Assembly: GCA_035712665.1 (NCBI GenBank)
Contig: DASTAN010000098.1
Location: 1 to 53,438 of the forward strand
Reading direction: 5' to 3'
Source: Gemmatimonadales bacterium
GTDB taxonomy: Bacteria; Gemmatimonadota; Gemmatimonadetes; Gemmatimonadales; GWC2-71-9
Length of the DNA: 53,438 nucleotides
Below the pieces are notes generated by a model. The model ran no database searches, was not told where the DNA came from, and saw only the letters and a program-made list of their open reading frames with translations. Made by a program: the position numbers and the translations under genes. This document shows, piece by piece, positions 8,654 to 19,898 of the stretch (its first letter is position 1; each line of letters begins with the position of its first letter).

Positions 8654-11226
8654 GCACGACGCCGCTCCTCGCCCAGTACCAGGAGATCAAGTCGCGCCAC
8701 CCTGGCGCGATTCTCTTCTTCCGGATGGGCGACTTCTACGAGATGTTCTACGACGACGCGCAGGTCGCGTCGCGGGTGCTGAACATCACCCTCACCGCGC
8801 GCGGCGACGGCACGCCGCTCGCCGGCGTCCCGGTGAAGGCCGCCGCGGGGTACCTGCGCCAGTTCATCGCCGCCGGCCATCGCGTCGCGATCTGCGAGCA
8901 GATCGAGGACCCGAAGCTCGCCAAGGGCATCGTCAAGCGCGCCGTCGTCGAGACCGTGACCCCGGGCGCGTTCCTCGACGACGACTACGTCCCCGGGTCG
9001 CGCAACAACTGGCTGGTGGCCGTGCTCCCGCTTGCGGAGGGAGGTGCCGGCATCGCGGCCCTCGACCTCTCGACCGGCGAGTTCGCGCTCGAGCGCGCGG
9101 CGCCCGACGGCGTCGCCGAGGCGCTCGGTCGCCTGGCGCCCGCCGAAGTCGTGCACCCCAAGGGTGACGACGCGCTGCCGCTCGACAGCGAGGTGCTGCG
9201 CACGCCGCGCGAGCGCTGGGAGTTCGACGCCGAACTCGCGCGCGAGGAGCTCGCGCGTCGCCTCGGCCTCGCGTCGCTCGATGGCCTGGGCCTCGACCCC
9301 GCGGATGCGCCCGCCATCGGCGCCGCGGGGGCCCTGCTTCGCTATGCTCTCGAGCTGCAGCCCGCCGGCATCCCGCAGCTGCGCCGTCCGGTGCTGCGGC
9401 GCGCCGACGACCTCTGCTGGCTCGACGAGATGACGCGGCGCAACCTCGAGCTGGTGGAGCCGCTTCGCGCCGGCGCAAAGGGCGTGACCCTGGTCGAGAC
9501 GCTCGATCGCACGATGACGCCGATGGGGGCCCGCCTGCTCCGCCAGTGGGTCGTGTCGCCGCTGCGGGCCCTCGCGCGCATCACCGCGCGCCACGCCGCC
9601 GTCGGCACGCTCGCCACCGAGGGGCGCCTCCGCACGCGACTCCGCGAGTCGCTCGATGGCGTCCGCGACCTCGAGCGGCTCGCCGCGCGCGCGGCGGCCG
9701 GTCGCGCCACGCCGCGGGAGCTCGGGGCGCTGCGCGATTCGTTCGTGCGACTCCCGACGCTCGCGACGATCCTCGGCGAGCTCGCCGGCAGCGACGCGGA
9801 GCTGCTTGCCCACGCCGCGCGCACCTTCGACCCGCTCGCCGATCTCGCCGACCTGCTGCAGCGCGGCCTCAGCGAGCGGCCGCCGATCACGCTCGCGGAT
9901 GGCGGCGTCATCGCCCCGGGCTTCGACGCCGAGATCGACGAGCTCCGTGACCTGCGCGACAACGGCCGCAACGCCCTCGCCGCGATCCAGCAGCGCGAGC
10001 GCGACCGCACCGGGATCCCGTCGCTCAAGGTCGGCTTCAACAAGGTCTTCGGCTACTACATCGAGATCACCCACGCCAATCGCGAGGCGGTGCCGGCCGA
10101 CTACGAGCGGCGCCAGACCCTCGCCAACGCCGAGCGCTACGTCACGCCCGAGCTCAAGGAGTACGAGGCGAAGGTCCTCGGCGCGGAGGAGCGGATCCTG
10201 GCCCGCGAGGGTGAGCTCTTCGGCGAGCTCCGCGCGGCCGTCGGCACCGCGATCGCCCGAGTGCAGGGCACCGCGGACCTCGTGGCACGCCTCGATGTCC
10301 TCGCGTCACTCGCGGAGGTCGCCGTCACCGAACGCTGGGTGCGCCCCGAGCTGCACGAGGGGATGGAGCTGGTGCTCACGGGCTCGCGCCATCCGGTGAT
10401 CGAGCGGATGATGCCGCGCGAGCGCTTCGTGCCGAACGACGTCCGCTTCGACGAGCGCGAGCGGGTGCTCCTCGTCACCGGCCCGAACATGGCCGGCAAG
10501 AGCACCATCCTGCGCCAGATCGGGCTCTGCGTGCTCCTGGCGCAGCTCGGCAGCTTCGTCCCGGCCGAGCGCGCGCGCATCGGCATCGTCGACCGGCTCT
10601 TCACCCGCGTCGGCGCGAGCGACAACCTCGCGCGCGGGCAGTCGACGTTCATGGTCGAGATGAGCGAGACCAGCGCGATCCTCCACAACGCCACGGCACG
10701 CTCGCTGGTGCTGCTCGACGAGATCGGTCGCGGCACCAGCACCTACGACGGCGTGGCGATCGCGTGGGCGGTCACCGAGCACCTGCACGACCGCATCGGC
10801 TGCCGCACGATGTTCGCGACCCACTACCACGAGCTGATGCAGCTCCCCGAGAAGCTCGCGCACGCGCGGAACTGCAACGTCGCGGTGAAGGAGACGGCGC
10901 AGGGGATCGTCTTCCTGCATCGGCTCGAGCATGGCGGCACCGACCGGAGCTACGGGATCCACGTGGCCGAGCTCGCGGGACTTCCCGCCGCCGTGGTCGG
11001 GCGCGCGAAGGACGTCCTCGGGACGCTCGAGACCGGCCACCGGATGGTGCCGGGCGCACCGCCGGTGGGGCAGGACCCCGCGCAGCCGTCCCTCTTCGAC
11101 CTCGCTCCGGCCCCGGTGCCGCCGCCGGTCGATCCGATTCTCGAGCGGCTCCGCGAGCTCGACCTGAATCGGATGACGCCGCTCGAGGCGCTGCAGGAGC
11201 TGGCGAAGCTGAAGAACGAGACCTGA
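8650..11226 (+). CDS. mutS: DNA mismatch repair protein MutS
   Basis: TPLLAQYQEIKSRHPGAILFFRMGDFYEMFYDDA N-terminus, Walker A GPNMAGKST, and STFMVEMSETS. GTG 8650 overlaps the upstream TGA. The track ORF from 8236 is over-extended. Confidence 0.95.
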   Translation: MSTTPLLAQYQEIKSRHPGAILFFRMGDFYEMFYDDAQVASRVLNITLTARGDGTPLAGVPVKAAAGYLRQFIAAGHRVAICEQIEDPKLAKGIVKRAVVETVTPGAFLDDDYVPGSRNNWLVAVLPLAEGGAGIAALDLSTGEFALERAAPDGVAEALGRLAPAEVVHPKGDDALPLDSEVLRTPRERWEFDAELAREELARRLGLASLDGLGLDPADAPAIGAAGALLRYALELQPAGIPQLRRPVLRRADDLCWLDEMTRRNLELVEPLRAGAKGVTLVETLDRTMTPMGARLLRQWVVSPLRALARITARHAAVGTLATEGRLRTRLRESLDGVRDLERLAARAAAGRATPRELGALRDSFVRLPTLATILGELAGSDAELLAHAARTFDPLADLADLLQRGLSERPPITLADGGVIAPGFDAEIDELRDLRDNGRNALAAIQQRERDRTGIPSLKVGFNKVFGYYIEITHANREAVPADYERRQTLANAERYVTPELKEYEAKVLGAEERILAREGELFGELRAAVGTAIARVQGTADLVARLDVLASLAEVAVTERWVRPELHEGMELVLTGSRHPVIERMMPRERFVPNDVRFDERERVLLVTGPNMAGKSTILRQIGLCVLLAQLGSFVPAERARIGIVDRLFTRVGASDNLARGQSTFMVEMSETSAILHNATARSLVLLDEIGRGTSTYDGVAIAWAVTEHLHDRIGCRTMFATHYHELMQLPEKLAHARNCNVAVKETAQGIVFLHRLEHGGTDRSYGIHVAELAGLPAAVVGRAKDVLGTLETGHRMVPGAPPVGQDPAQPSLFDLAPAPVPPPVDPILERLRELDLNRMTPLEALQELAKLKNET

Positions 11227-11288
11227 GATCGGCGATCGGAGATCGGAGGACGCAGCCTCGGATCTCCGACCTCTGATCGCCAATCTCC
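11225..11288. repeat. GATCGGA-type palindromic element, copy E1
   Basis: GAGATCGGCGATCGGAGATCGGAGG-ACGCAGC-CTCGGATCTCCGACCTCTGATCGCCAATCTCC. It begins inside the mutS stop codon. Confidence 0.85.
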
Positions 11289-11305
11289 GGGGTTACTTTC
11301 CCGAA

Positions 11306-11671
11306 ATGCGCCCGCTTTCCCTGATCCTCCTCCTGGCCGCCTGCGGTGCCGAGCCCGCCCCGCCGGCCGAGCTGACCCCCGCGGTGCCGATCGGCGAACC
11401 GCAGATCCCCTATCCGCCTGACCTGTTCGCCGAGCGGGTCGAGGGCGAGGTGCTCCTCTACGTCGTGGTGGACACGGCGGGGATGGCGATCCGCGACTCG
11501 ACCCGGATCGCCACCTCGAGCGGCCGGGCCGCGTTCGACGCCGCCGCGCTCCAGGCCGCCGCGTCCCTCCGCTTCACCCCGGCCCGGATCGGCGACTCGC
11601 TGGTCGTGGCGCCACTGCAGGTGCCGATCAGGTTTGTGCTGCCGGATAGCACGACGACGCCGGTGAACTGA
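11306..11671 (+). CDS. TonB C-terminal-domain-like lipoprotein
   Basis: Lipobox LLLAAC followed by PYPPDLFAERVEGEVLLYVVVDTAG...AAFDAAALQAAASLRFTPA, which is TonB_C-like. Confidence 0.6.
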   Translation: MRPLSLILLLAACGAEPAPPAELTPAVPIGEPQIPYPPDLFAERVEGEVLLYVVVDTAGMAIRDSTRIATSSGRAAFDAAALQAAASLRFTPARIGDSLVVAPLQVPIRFVLPDSTTTPVN

Positions 11672-11677
11672 CCAGCA

Positions 11678-11754
11678 GGACACGCGACAAAGGACACGCG
11701 ACAAGGGATCTCGGTTCAGGCGCCCTTGTCACGCGTCCCGTGTCCCTTGTCCCC
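11678..11754. repeat. Heptamer-periodic imperfect palindrome (GGACACG/GGACAAG units)
   Basis: GGACACGCGACAAAGGACACGCGACAAGGG ... CCCTTGTCACGCGTCCCGTGTCCCTTGTCCCC. The arms are complementary apart from a few mismatches. Confidence 0.8.
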
Positions 11755-11760
11755 TTGCCA

Positions 11761-11790
11761 GTAACCATCGTTTAGCTGTATGGTGGTTAC
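11761..11790. promoter_or_regulatory. 7-bp inverted repeat GTAACCA-N16-TGGTTAC abutting the start codon (candidate operator)
   Basis: GTAACCA at 11761-11767 and TGGTTAC at 11784-11790, in a locally AT-richer patch directly before GTG 11791. Confidence 0.25.
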
Positions 11791-12258
11791 GTGCTAGCGC
11801 CTCTTCAGGAACACGCCGTCCTCGGCTTTCTCCACACCCCGTTCGATCCGACCGATGATCCGCCGCCCCCCGCGGTCCGGCGGGCGGTCCTGCGGGTCCG
11901 GGAGCTCCTCGCCCGACTGCTCCGCGACGAGGCCCGCGGGGTCGGTGCGAGCGACGCCGACCTCGACGCGCTGGACCGGATCCTGAGCCGAGCCGCCGCC
12001 GCCCGCGGGCTCGTGCCCACCGTCAGCGGCTACGGCTGGGGGTGGCGTCGCGACCCCGGCGAGGTCACCCGCCGAGTCTTCCCTGCGGTCTGGTCGACCG
12101 CCACCCTCCTCGCCTCACACGACGACCGCACCCGACTCAAGGTCTGCGACGGCTGCGGCGCGCTGTTCTTCGATCGCTCTCGCAACCGCTCCCGCCGCTG
12201 GTGCGACATGGGGAGCTGCGGGAACCGGGCGAAGGCGAGGGCCTACAGGAAACGGTGA
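11791..12258 (+). CDS. CGNR zinc-finger domain protein (ABATE/zf-CGNR family)
   Basis: C-terminal ...CDGCGALFFDRSRNRSRRWCDMGSCGNRAKARAYR is the CGNR signature. Confidence 0.8.
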   Translation: MLAPLQEHAVLGFLHTPFDPTDDPPPPAVRRAVLRVRELLARLLRDEARGVGASDADLDALDRILSRAAAARGLVPTVSGYGWGWRRDPGEVTRRVFPAVWSTATLLASHDDRTRLKVCDGCGALFFDRSRNRSRRWCDMGSCGNRAKARAYRKR

Positions 12259-12348
12259 ACCGTGAACAGGGTGAGGGGTGAGGCGTAAGGGGTGAGGGGG
12301 CACATCCCCTGTCCCGTGTCCCGTGTCCCCATTCACTGTTCACCGTTC
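12254..12348. repeat. Composite heptamer element: GTGAAC x2, GGGGTGA x4, centre, CCCGTGT x3, GTTCAC x2
   Basis: GGTGAACCGTGAACAGGGTGAGGGGTGAGGCGTAAGGGGTGAGGGGG-CACAT-CCCCTGTCCCGTGTCCCGTGTCCCC-ATTCAC-TGTTCACCGTTC. The stop codon of the CGNR gene lies in the first unit. Confidence 0.85.
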
Positions 12349-12372
12349 TCCCCCTCCGCTGTATCCTTCGCG

Positions 12373-14747
<2,375 letters not shown>

Positions 14748-14755
14748 CGCCCCCT

Positions 14756-14787
14756 CACGACCCACGACTCACGACCCACGACTCGAC
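14756..14787. repeat. Direct tandem heptamer array (CACGACY) x about 4.5
   Basis: CACGACC CACGACT CACGACC CACGACT CGAC fills the ddl-rhomboid spacer and runs straight into ATG 14788. Confidence 0.9.
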
Positions 14788-15636
14788 ATGCTCGACTCGC
14801 TGCTCAGCCGCCTCACGCCCGTCGTCGGTCGCCTCCTGGCGATCAACGCCGTCGTGCTGCTGCTGCAGCAGACGATCCTGACGTCGCCGGCGATCACCGA
14901 CGCGCTGCGCTTCGACCCGTCGAGCGCGTTCCGGCAGCCGTGGACCTTCGTGACCTACGCTTTCGTGCACGGCGGCCTGCTGCACCTGCTCGGCAACGCG
15001 CTGGCCCTGCTTGCGTTCGGGCCGGCGGTCGAGCGGCGGATGGGCGCGGCGTCGTTCACCCTCTTCTATCTCTACTGCGCCGTCGGCGCCGCGGCGTTCG
15101 CCCTGCTGGTGCACGGTGCGCTGCCGGTGACGCCATTCGTCGGCGCATCGGGCGCCGTGCTGGGCGTCGCGCTGGCGTTCGCGCGGCAGCACCCCGATGC
15201 GGAGATGTTCATCTTCCCCTTCCCCGCCCCGATCAAGGCGCGGACACTGATCGCCGTGATCGCCGTGTTCGATGTCGTCGGGATGTTCGTCGGGGGCGGC
15301 GCGATCGCGCACGAGGCGCATCTCGGCGGGATGGCGTTCGGCTGGCTCTGGTTCGCGATGCAGGGGCTCGGTCGCGGCCGGCCGACGATGCCGATGCCGC
15401 CGCTCCGGCCGCGCGTCTCGGTGCCGGTGGCGCACGGGGTGGAGCGCGAGGGGCGCGAGGCCGCCGCCGCGCCGCGTCCCGAGCCGACGCCCACCGCCGC
15501 GGATCTCGCCCGGGCCGAGCAGGCGGAGCTCGACCGCCTCCTGGACAAGATCGGCGCCTCGGGGCTCGACTCGCTCACCACCGGCGAGCGCGCCTTCCTC
15601 GATCGCGTCAGCCGGCAGCGGAAGCCGGGCGCCTAG
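14788..15636 (+). CDS. Rhomboid family intramembrane serine protease
   Basis: ...YAFVHGGLLHLLGN..., GASGAVLGV (GxSG), ...AHEAHLGGMAFG. Soluble C-terminal tail. Confidence 0.85.
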   Translation: MLDSLLSRLTPVVGRLLAINAVVLLLQQTILTSPAITDALRFDPSSAFRQPWTFVTYAFVHGGLLHLLGNALALLAFGPAVERRMGAASFTLFYLYCAVGAAAFALLVHGALPVTPFVGASGAVLGVALAFARQHPDAEMFIFPFPAPIKARTLIAVIAVFDVVGMFVGGGAIAHEAHLGGMAFGWLWFAMQGLGRGRPTMPMPPLRPRVSVPVAHGVEREGREAAAAPRPEPTPTAADLARAEQAELDRLLDKIGASGLDSLTTGERAFLDRVSRQRKPGA

Positions 15637-18600
15637 CGTCCCGCGAGCGAGGCCGCCACGCGATCGAGCAGTTCCTCGCGCGTGAACGGCTTGGTCAGCA
15701 GCGCGATCCCCTCCTCCAGCACGCCGTGCCGCACGATGGCGTCCTCGGTGTAGCCCGACATGTACACCACCGGGAGACCGGGGAACTTCGCCTGCACCGT
15801 CTCGGCCACCTTGCGGCCGTTGCGGCTCGGGAGGACGACATCGGTGAGCAGCAGGTGGAGCGGCCCATCGTGGGCCTGCGCGATCGACTCGGCCTCTGGC
15901 GCATCCCCCACTGCGAGCACCGCGTACCCCTCGCGCTCGAGCATCCGCACCACGTAGCGACGCACCAGCTCCTCGTCCTCGACGACGAGGATCGTGCCCG
16001 TCGCCGCGCCGCGCGCCGGCGGCGGGACCGGCGGCGGGGTGAGCTCGCGACCGCTCTGCGCGAGCGGCAACGTGACGGTCATCGTCGTGCCCTGCCCCTC
16101 GGCGCTCTGCACGGCGATGCGGCCGCCGCTCTGCGTGACGATGCCGAACACCGTCGAGAGGCCGAGCCCCGTGCCGCCGCGGTCGGCGCGCGTGGTGAAG
16201 AACGGCTCGAAGATCTGGCCCTGCAGCTCGGCCGGAATCCCCGTCCCGGTGTCCTGCACCGCCAGGACGGCGCGCTCGCCCTCCGGCGTCGTCGTGCGGT
16301 GCGCGCTGATCGTCATCCGACCGCCATCGGGCATCGCATCGCGCGCATTCACGACGAGATTGAGGAGCACCTGCTCCAGCTGCGCGGGATCGACGGAGGC
16401 GAGGATCGGGGCGTCGTCGACGGCCACGGTCATCTGGATCGACTCGCCGGCGAGCCGCGTGAGCAGCGGGACCATCTCCCGGACGAGGTCGCGCAGGTCG
16501 ACGGTGCGGACCTGCATCACCTGCCGACGCGAGAACGCGAGCAGCTTCCGCACGAGGTCGGCCGACCGGTCGGCCGCACGGCGGATCTCGTGCACGCTCT
16601 CGGCGCCCTTCCCGGGGCCGAGCTCGAGGGCCAGCAGCTCCGCGAAGCCCGAGATCGCCGTCAGCATGTTGTTGAAGTCGTGCGCGACCCCGCCTGCGAG
16701 ACGGCCGACGGCTTCCATCTTCTGCGCCTCGCGCAGCTGCCCCTCGAGCAGCTTGCGCTCGGTGATGTCGCGCTCGACGGCAACCCAGTGCGTGTACCAG
16801 CCCTTGGCGTCGGCGATCGGTGAGATGTCCATCTCGAGCCACACCGTGCGGCCGTCCTTGGTCACGTTCGCGACCTCGACGCGCACCGGCTGCCAGCGCT
16901 CGAGCGCCGCGCGCACCCGATCGAGCGTGGCGCGGTCGGTCACCGGCCCCTGCAGCATCCGCGGCGTCTTCCCGATCACCTCGCTGCGATGGTAGCCCAT
17001 CAGGCGCTCGAAGGCGCGGTTGACGAAGAGGATCTTCGGCCCATCCGGGGCGTTGATCGGCTCCGCCTCGGTGATCATCACGATGTCGTTGAGGTTCTCG
17101 ATCGCCGCATCGAGCCGCGCCAGCTCGTTGTCGAGTTGGTTGCGATCGATGGCGATGGCGACCAGTCGTGCCGCCGACTCGAGCGCGGCGAGCTCGGCGG
17201 GATCGGGCGCGCGCGGCGTCGACGTGTACGCGGCTGCGGTGGCCACCACATCGCCGCGGCGCCCCTTCACCGGCACGGACCAGCAGCCGAGGAGGCCGTG
17301 CGGCGTCGCCAAATGATGCAGCCCCTCCCAGAGCGGATCGGTGCGCACGTCGGGGACGATGACCGTCTCGCCGCGCCACGCGGCGGTGCCGCATGAGCCG
17401 GCGCGGGGGCCGATCGGTGCGCCGTTGAGTCCGGCACTGTACGTCGACGGCAGGTTCGGCGCCGCGGCGGTGAAGAGCAACCCGTCGCGCACGTGCAGGA
17501 TCGAGGCGCGCACGTCCGGGAGCGCCGCCTCGATGGAGCGGCAGATCCGGTCGAGCGCCTCGTCCAGGGAACGGCCCTCCGCGACCCCCTGGATCGCGTC
17601 CCGCTGCAGCGCCTCCATCGCCGCGTGCCGGCGTGCCTCGGTGACGTCGCGCACCGTGGCGTAACTGGTCCCTTCGGCCGTCATCGGGAGCGCAGTCCAC
17701 TCGAGCGCCCGCCAACTGCCATCGGCGTGGCGGTAGCGATTCACGAACCCGAGCGCCGGTCCCCCGCGCGACACCTGTGCCGCGGCCTCGATCGTTGGCT
17801 GGACGTCATCGGGGTGGATGAACGCCAGCCAGGGCTGGGCCAGGAGCTCGTGCGCGGACCGGCCGAGCATCTGGCAGAACGCCGGGTTCACGCGGCGGAA
17901 GCGCCCGTCCATGCCGGCCACGACCATGCCGGTCGGCGAGACCGCGAAGAAGCGCGCCAGGGTCGACGCCTGTCGGTGGCGCAGCACGATGGCGTGCAGG
18001 TGGCCGGCGAGCGAGATCGCCACCTCGGCCCAGACCGTCGTATCGAACGGCTTGGTGTCGAAGAAGGTGATCACCGCCAGCGGGCGCCCGTCCTCGAAGA
18101 GCGGGATGGCGAAGGCGCCGGCGAAGCGCGCCTCCCGCGCGAGCTCCGTGCGCTTGAAACCAGAGGCCGCATCCAGCACCGGGAAGATGGTCGGTATCCC
18201 GGCCGCAGCCGCCAGCGCCGGCACCCCCTCCCCCACGGCGAAGCGGATCCCGCGACTCGCGCCGAGAAAGACCTGGATCGCGAGCTCGTCATCGCCGTCC
18301 CCGCCGCACTGCACCCACTCGCCATCGGCGGAGGCGATCCAGCATTCAGCGGCGGACCACCCCGCCGTGCGTCGCATCCGTTCGGCCACGCGCACCAGCA
18401 ACCCGGCGAGATCATCGGTCTCGAAGAAGGCCGACGTGATCGCCTCCTCGAGACGGGCGCGCTTGTCCCGCTTCATCCGGGCGGTGACATCGCGGACCCG
18501 GAGCACCGCCAGCGAGCCGGCCGGCGTCATCCGCACCTCGTACCATTCGGGACGGGTGGGGTCGCGTTCGATGATCTCGACCGGCTGGCCGCTTGCGAAG

Positions 18601-18815
18601 GCGGTCTGCAGCGCGGCCATGCCGCGCTCCCACAGCGCGTCGGGTACCAGGGTGTGGAACGATCGGCCAACCGCCGCCTGTCCGAATGCCGCCGCGAAGG
18701 CCGTTGCCGGTTCGTTGGCGTAGTGGATCATCCCGGCCGAATCGACCACGAAGGTCGGCTCGACGCCGGTCTCGACACTCGCCAGCAACGCGTGCTGGAC
18801 CTCGGAGGGGAGCAT
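15633..18815 (-). CDS. Hybrid sensor histidine kinase (multiple PAS/GAF modules, HisKA, HATPase_c, C-terminal receiver)
   Basis: 1060-aa ORF. H-box VAHDFNNMLTAI, N/G boxes ...NLVVNARDAM...DTGTGIP...GGTGLGLS, receiver ILVVEDEELVR...LLLTDVVLP...YMSGY. Confidence 0.9.
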   Translation of the reverse strand: MLPSEVQHALLASVETGVEPTFVVDSAGMIHYANEPATAFAAAFGQAAVGRSFHTLVPDALWERGMAALQTAFASGQPVEIIERDPTRPEWYEVRMTPAGSLAVLRVRDVTARMKRDKRARLEEAITSAFFETDDLAGLLVRVAERMRRTAGWSAAECWIASADGEWVQCGGDGDDELAIQVFLGASRGIRFAVGEGVPALAAAAGIPTIFPVLDAASGFKRTELAREARFAGAFAIPLFEDGRPLAVITFFDTKPFDTTVWAEVAISLAGHLHAIVLRHRQASTLARFFAVSPTGMVVAGMDGRFRRVNPAFCQMLGRSAHELLAQPWLAFIHPDDVQPTIEAAAQVSRGGPALGFVNRYRHADGSWRALEWTALPMTAEGTSYATVRDVTEARRHAAMEALQRDAIQGVAEGRSLDEALDRICRSIEAALPDVRASILHVRDGLLFTAAAPNLPSTYSAGLNGAPIGPRAGSCGTAAWRGETVIVPDVRTDPLWEGLHHLATPHGLLGCWSVPVKGRRGDVVATAAAYTSTPRAPDPAELAALESAARLVAIAIDRNQLDNELARLDAAIENLNDIVMITEAEPINAPDGPKILFVNRAFERLMGYHRSEVIGKTPRMLQGPVTDRATLDRVRAALERWQPVRVEVANVTKDGRTVWLEMDISPIADAKGWYTHWVAVERDITERKLLEGQLREAQKMEAVGRLAGGVAHDFNNMLTAISGFAELLALELGPGKGAESVHEIRRAADRSADLVRKLLAFSRRQVMQVRTVDLRDLVREMVPLLTRLAGESIQMTVAVDDAPILASVDPAQLEQVLLNLVVNARDAMPDGGRMTISAHRTTTPEGERAVLAVQDTGTGIPAELQGQIFEPFFTTRADRGGTGLGLSTVFGIVTQSGGRIAVQSAEGQGTTMTVTLPLAQSGRELTPPPVPPPARGAATGTILVVEDEELVRRYVVRMLEREGYAVLAVGDAPEAESIAQAHDGPLHLLLTDVVLPSRNGRKVAETVQAKFPGLPVVYMSGYTEDAIVRHGVLEEGIALLTKPFTREELLDRVAASLAGR

Positions 18816-18921
18816 GCAGGATTCTCAGGGAAGCAGACGCCCTGAATCTGCCCCGGTTCCCGCGGGCGCGCACCCCCTCCGCCTAGACTTCAGCCACGCC
18901 GCCCCGCCACCCCGGACCGCC

Positions 18922-19737
18922 ATGACGCCGCTCGATCTCGTCACGCCGCTTGCCCACGCCCACGCCCGGGGACCGAACGGCGTGGCGGCGTTTCGCCTCG
19001 CGCACGCGGCGCTGCTTGGGCAGCTCGCCCGCCAGCGCCGACCGTGGGATCCGAGCGAGCCGACGCTGCCGATCGTCACCCCCGGGACGCTGGCCTTCGT
19101 GCACGCCGAGGCGGTCGCCACCGCGCTTCAGGCGGTCGCACGCACCGCCGACGCGGTGGGGCTGCTGCCGCGCGATGTCGCGGTCGTCTCGTTCGTCGGC
19201 GTCGGGCCGGGCGACGCCGTCGATGTCCTGCCGCACCCGGCCTCGCCGATGATCGTCCTTGCGATGGATCAGCTCGCGGCACCGCTCGCGGCCGGCGTCG
19301 CCCTCGCCCGCGGGCTGGCCCTCGCCGCGCGCTGGCACAGCCAGGCGCTTCCCACGCCGACCCCGTGGGATCGTCTCGCCGTGCTCGCCCACGTGCCGCT
19401 CGCCGAGTGGGTGTACGCCGAAGGGCTGGCCCACCACCTCATCGCGGCGTTGCACCCGGACTGTCCGGCGCACGAGCGCCTGGGACTCTCCCGGGTCGCC
19501 TTCGATCGGCTTCGGGCGCGCGAGCAGCGGCTCCTCGCGGCCCTCGAGGCGGACCTCCCGGAGCGGGGCATCGGCCCCTGGGCGCGCTGGCTCGACGCCG
19601 CCTCGCCGGTCCCGGAGACGCCGGATGGGAGCCGGCCACCCCGCGGCGCGATCGGCTACCTGTCGTGGCGACTCCTGGCGGCACGGGTGGAGCGGGTGGG
19701 GTTGGCGGCGGCGGGGGGGATGGCGGTGGAAGGGTGA
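18922..19737 (+). CDS. Hypothetical protein
   Basis: ORF with GC3-rich codon usage and no motif I recognise. Start re-set to ATG 18922 (MTPLDLV...). The stop TGA lies inside the GAAGGGT array. Confidence 0.5.
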   Translation: MTPLDLVTPLAHAHARGPNGVAAFRLAHAALLGQLARQRRPWDPSEPTLPIVTPGTLAFVHAEAVATALQAVARTADAVGLLPRDVAVVSFVGVGPGDAVDVLPHPASPMIVLAMDQLAAPLAAGVALARGLALAARWHSQALPTPTPWDRLAVLAHVPLAEWVYAEGLAHHLIAALHPDCPAHERLGLSRVAFDRLRAREQRLLAALEADLPERGIGPWARWLDAASPVPETPDGSRPPRGAIGYLSWRLLAARVERVGLAAAGGMAVEG

Positions 19738-19770
19738 AGGGTGGAGGGCGAAGGGTGAAGGGTGGAGGGC
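19729..19770. repeat. Tandem heptamers GAAGGGT GAAGGGT GGAGGGC x2 (a perfect 21-mer duplication)
   Basis: Read directly. Contains the stop codon (19735-19737) of the upstream ORF. Confidence 0.9.
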
Positions 19771-19833
19771 GAAAAGCAACCCAAATTATCGTTCATTTAT
19801 GTGGCAAAGTGTTGCAAAACAACGGGATGCAGA

Positions 19834-19869
19834 GCGGGCGGCGCACCGGTCGCCCGATCCGCCGCCCGC
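19834..19869. terminator. GC-rich perfect 10-bp hairpin in the convergent gap (possible U-tract-less terminator)
   Basis: GCGGGCGGCG (19834-19843), a 16-nt loop, CGCCGCCCGC (19860-19869). No adjacent T-tract. Confidence 0.3.
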
Positions 19870-19870
19870 T

Positions 19871-19898
19871 CACGACTCACGACCCACGCCTCACGACT
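19871..19898. repeat. Direct tandem heptamer array (CACGACT CACGACC CACGCCT CACGACT)
   Basis: Read directly. The yidC stop codon (19891-19893, minus strand) and last codons lie inside it. Confidence 0.85.

Noticed and set aside
8155-10074. 639-aa ORF antisense to the SPOR gene and mutS
   Set aside because: Same reasoning: it overlaps mutS, which has unambiguous motifs on the plus strand.
14755-17715. 986-aa minus-strand ORF, and the 14940-16823 / 15994-16995 plus-strand ORFs, overlapping the rhomboid and kinase genes
   Set aside because: These are wrong-frame or antisense readings of bona fide genes. Their composition is dominated by R, A, G and P, and no recognisable domains are present.
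19729-19770. Tandem repeat arrays considered as CRISPR arrays (also 14756-14787, 25386-25420 and others)
   Set aside because: The units are 7 nt with no unique spacers, the arrays are only 2-6 units long, and there are no cas genes. This is not CRISPR architecture.
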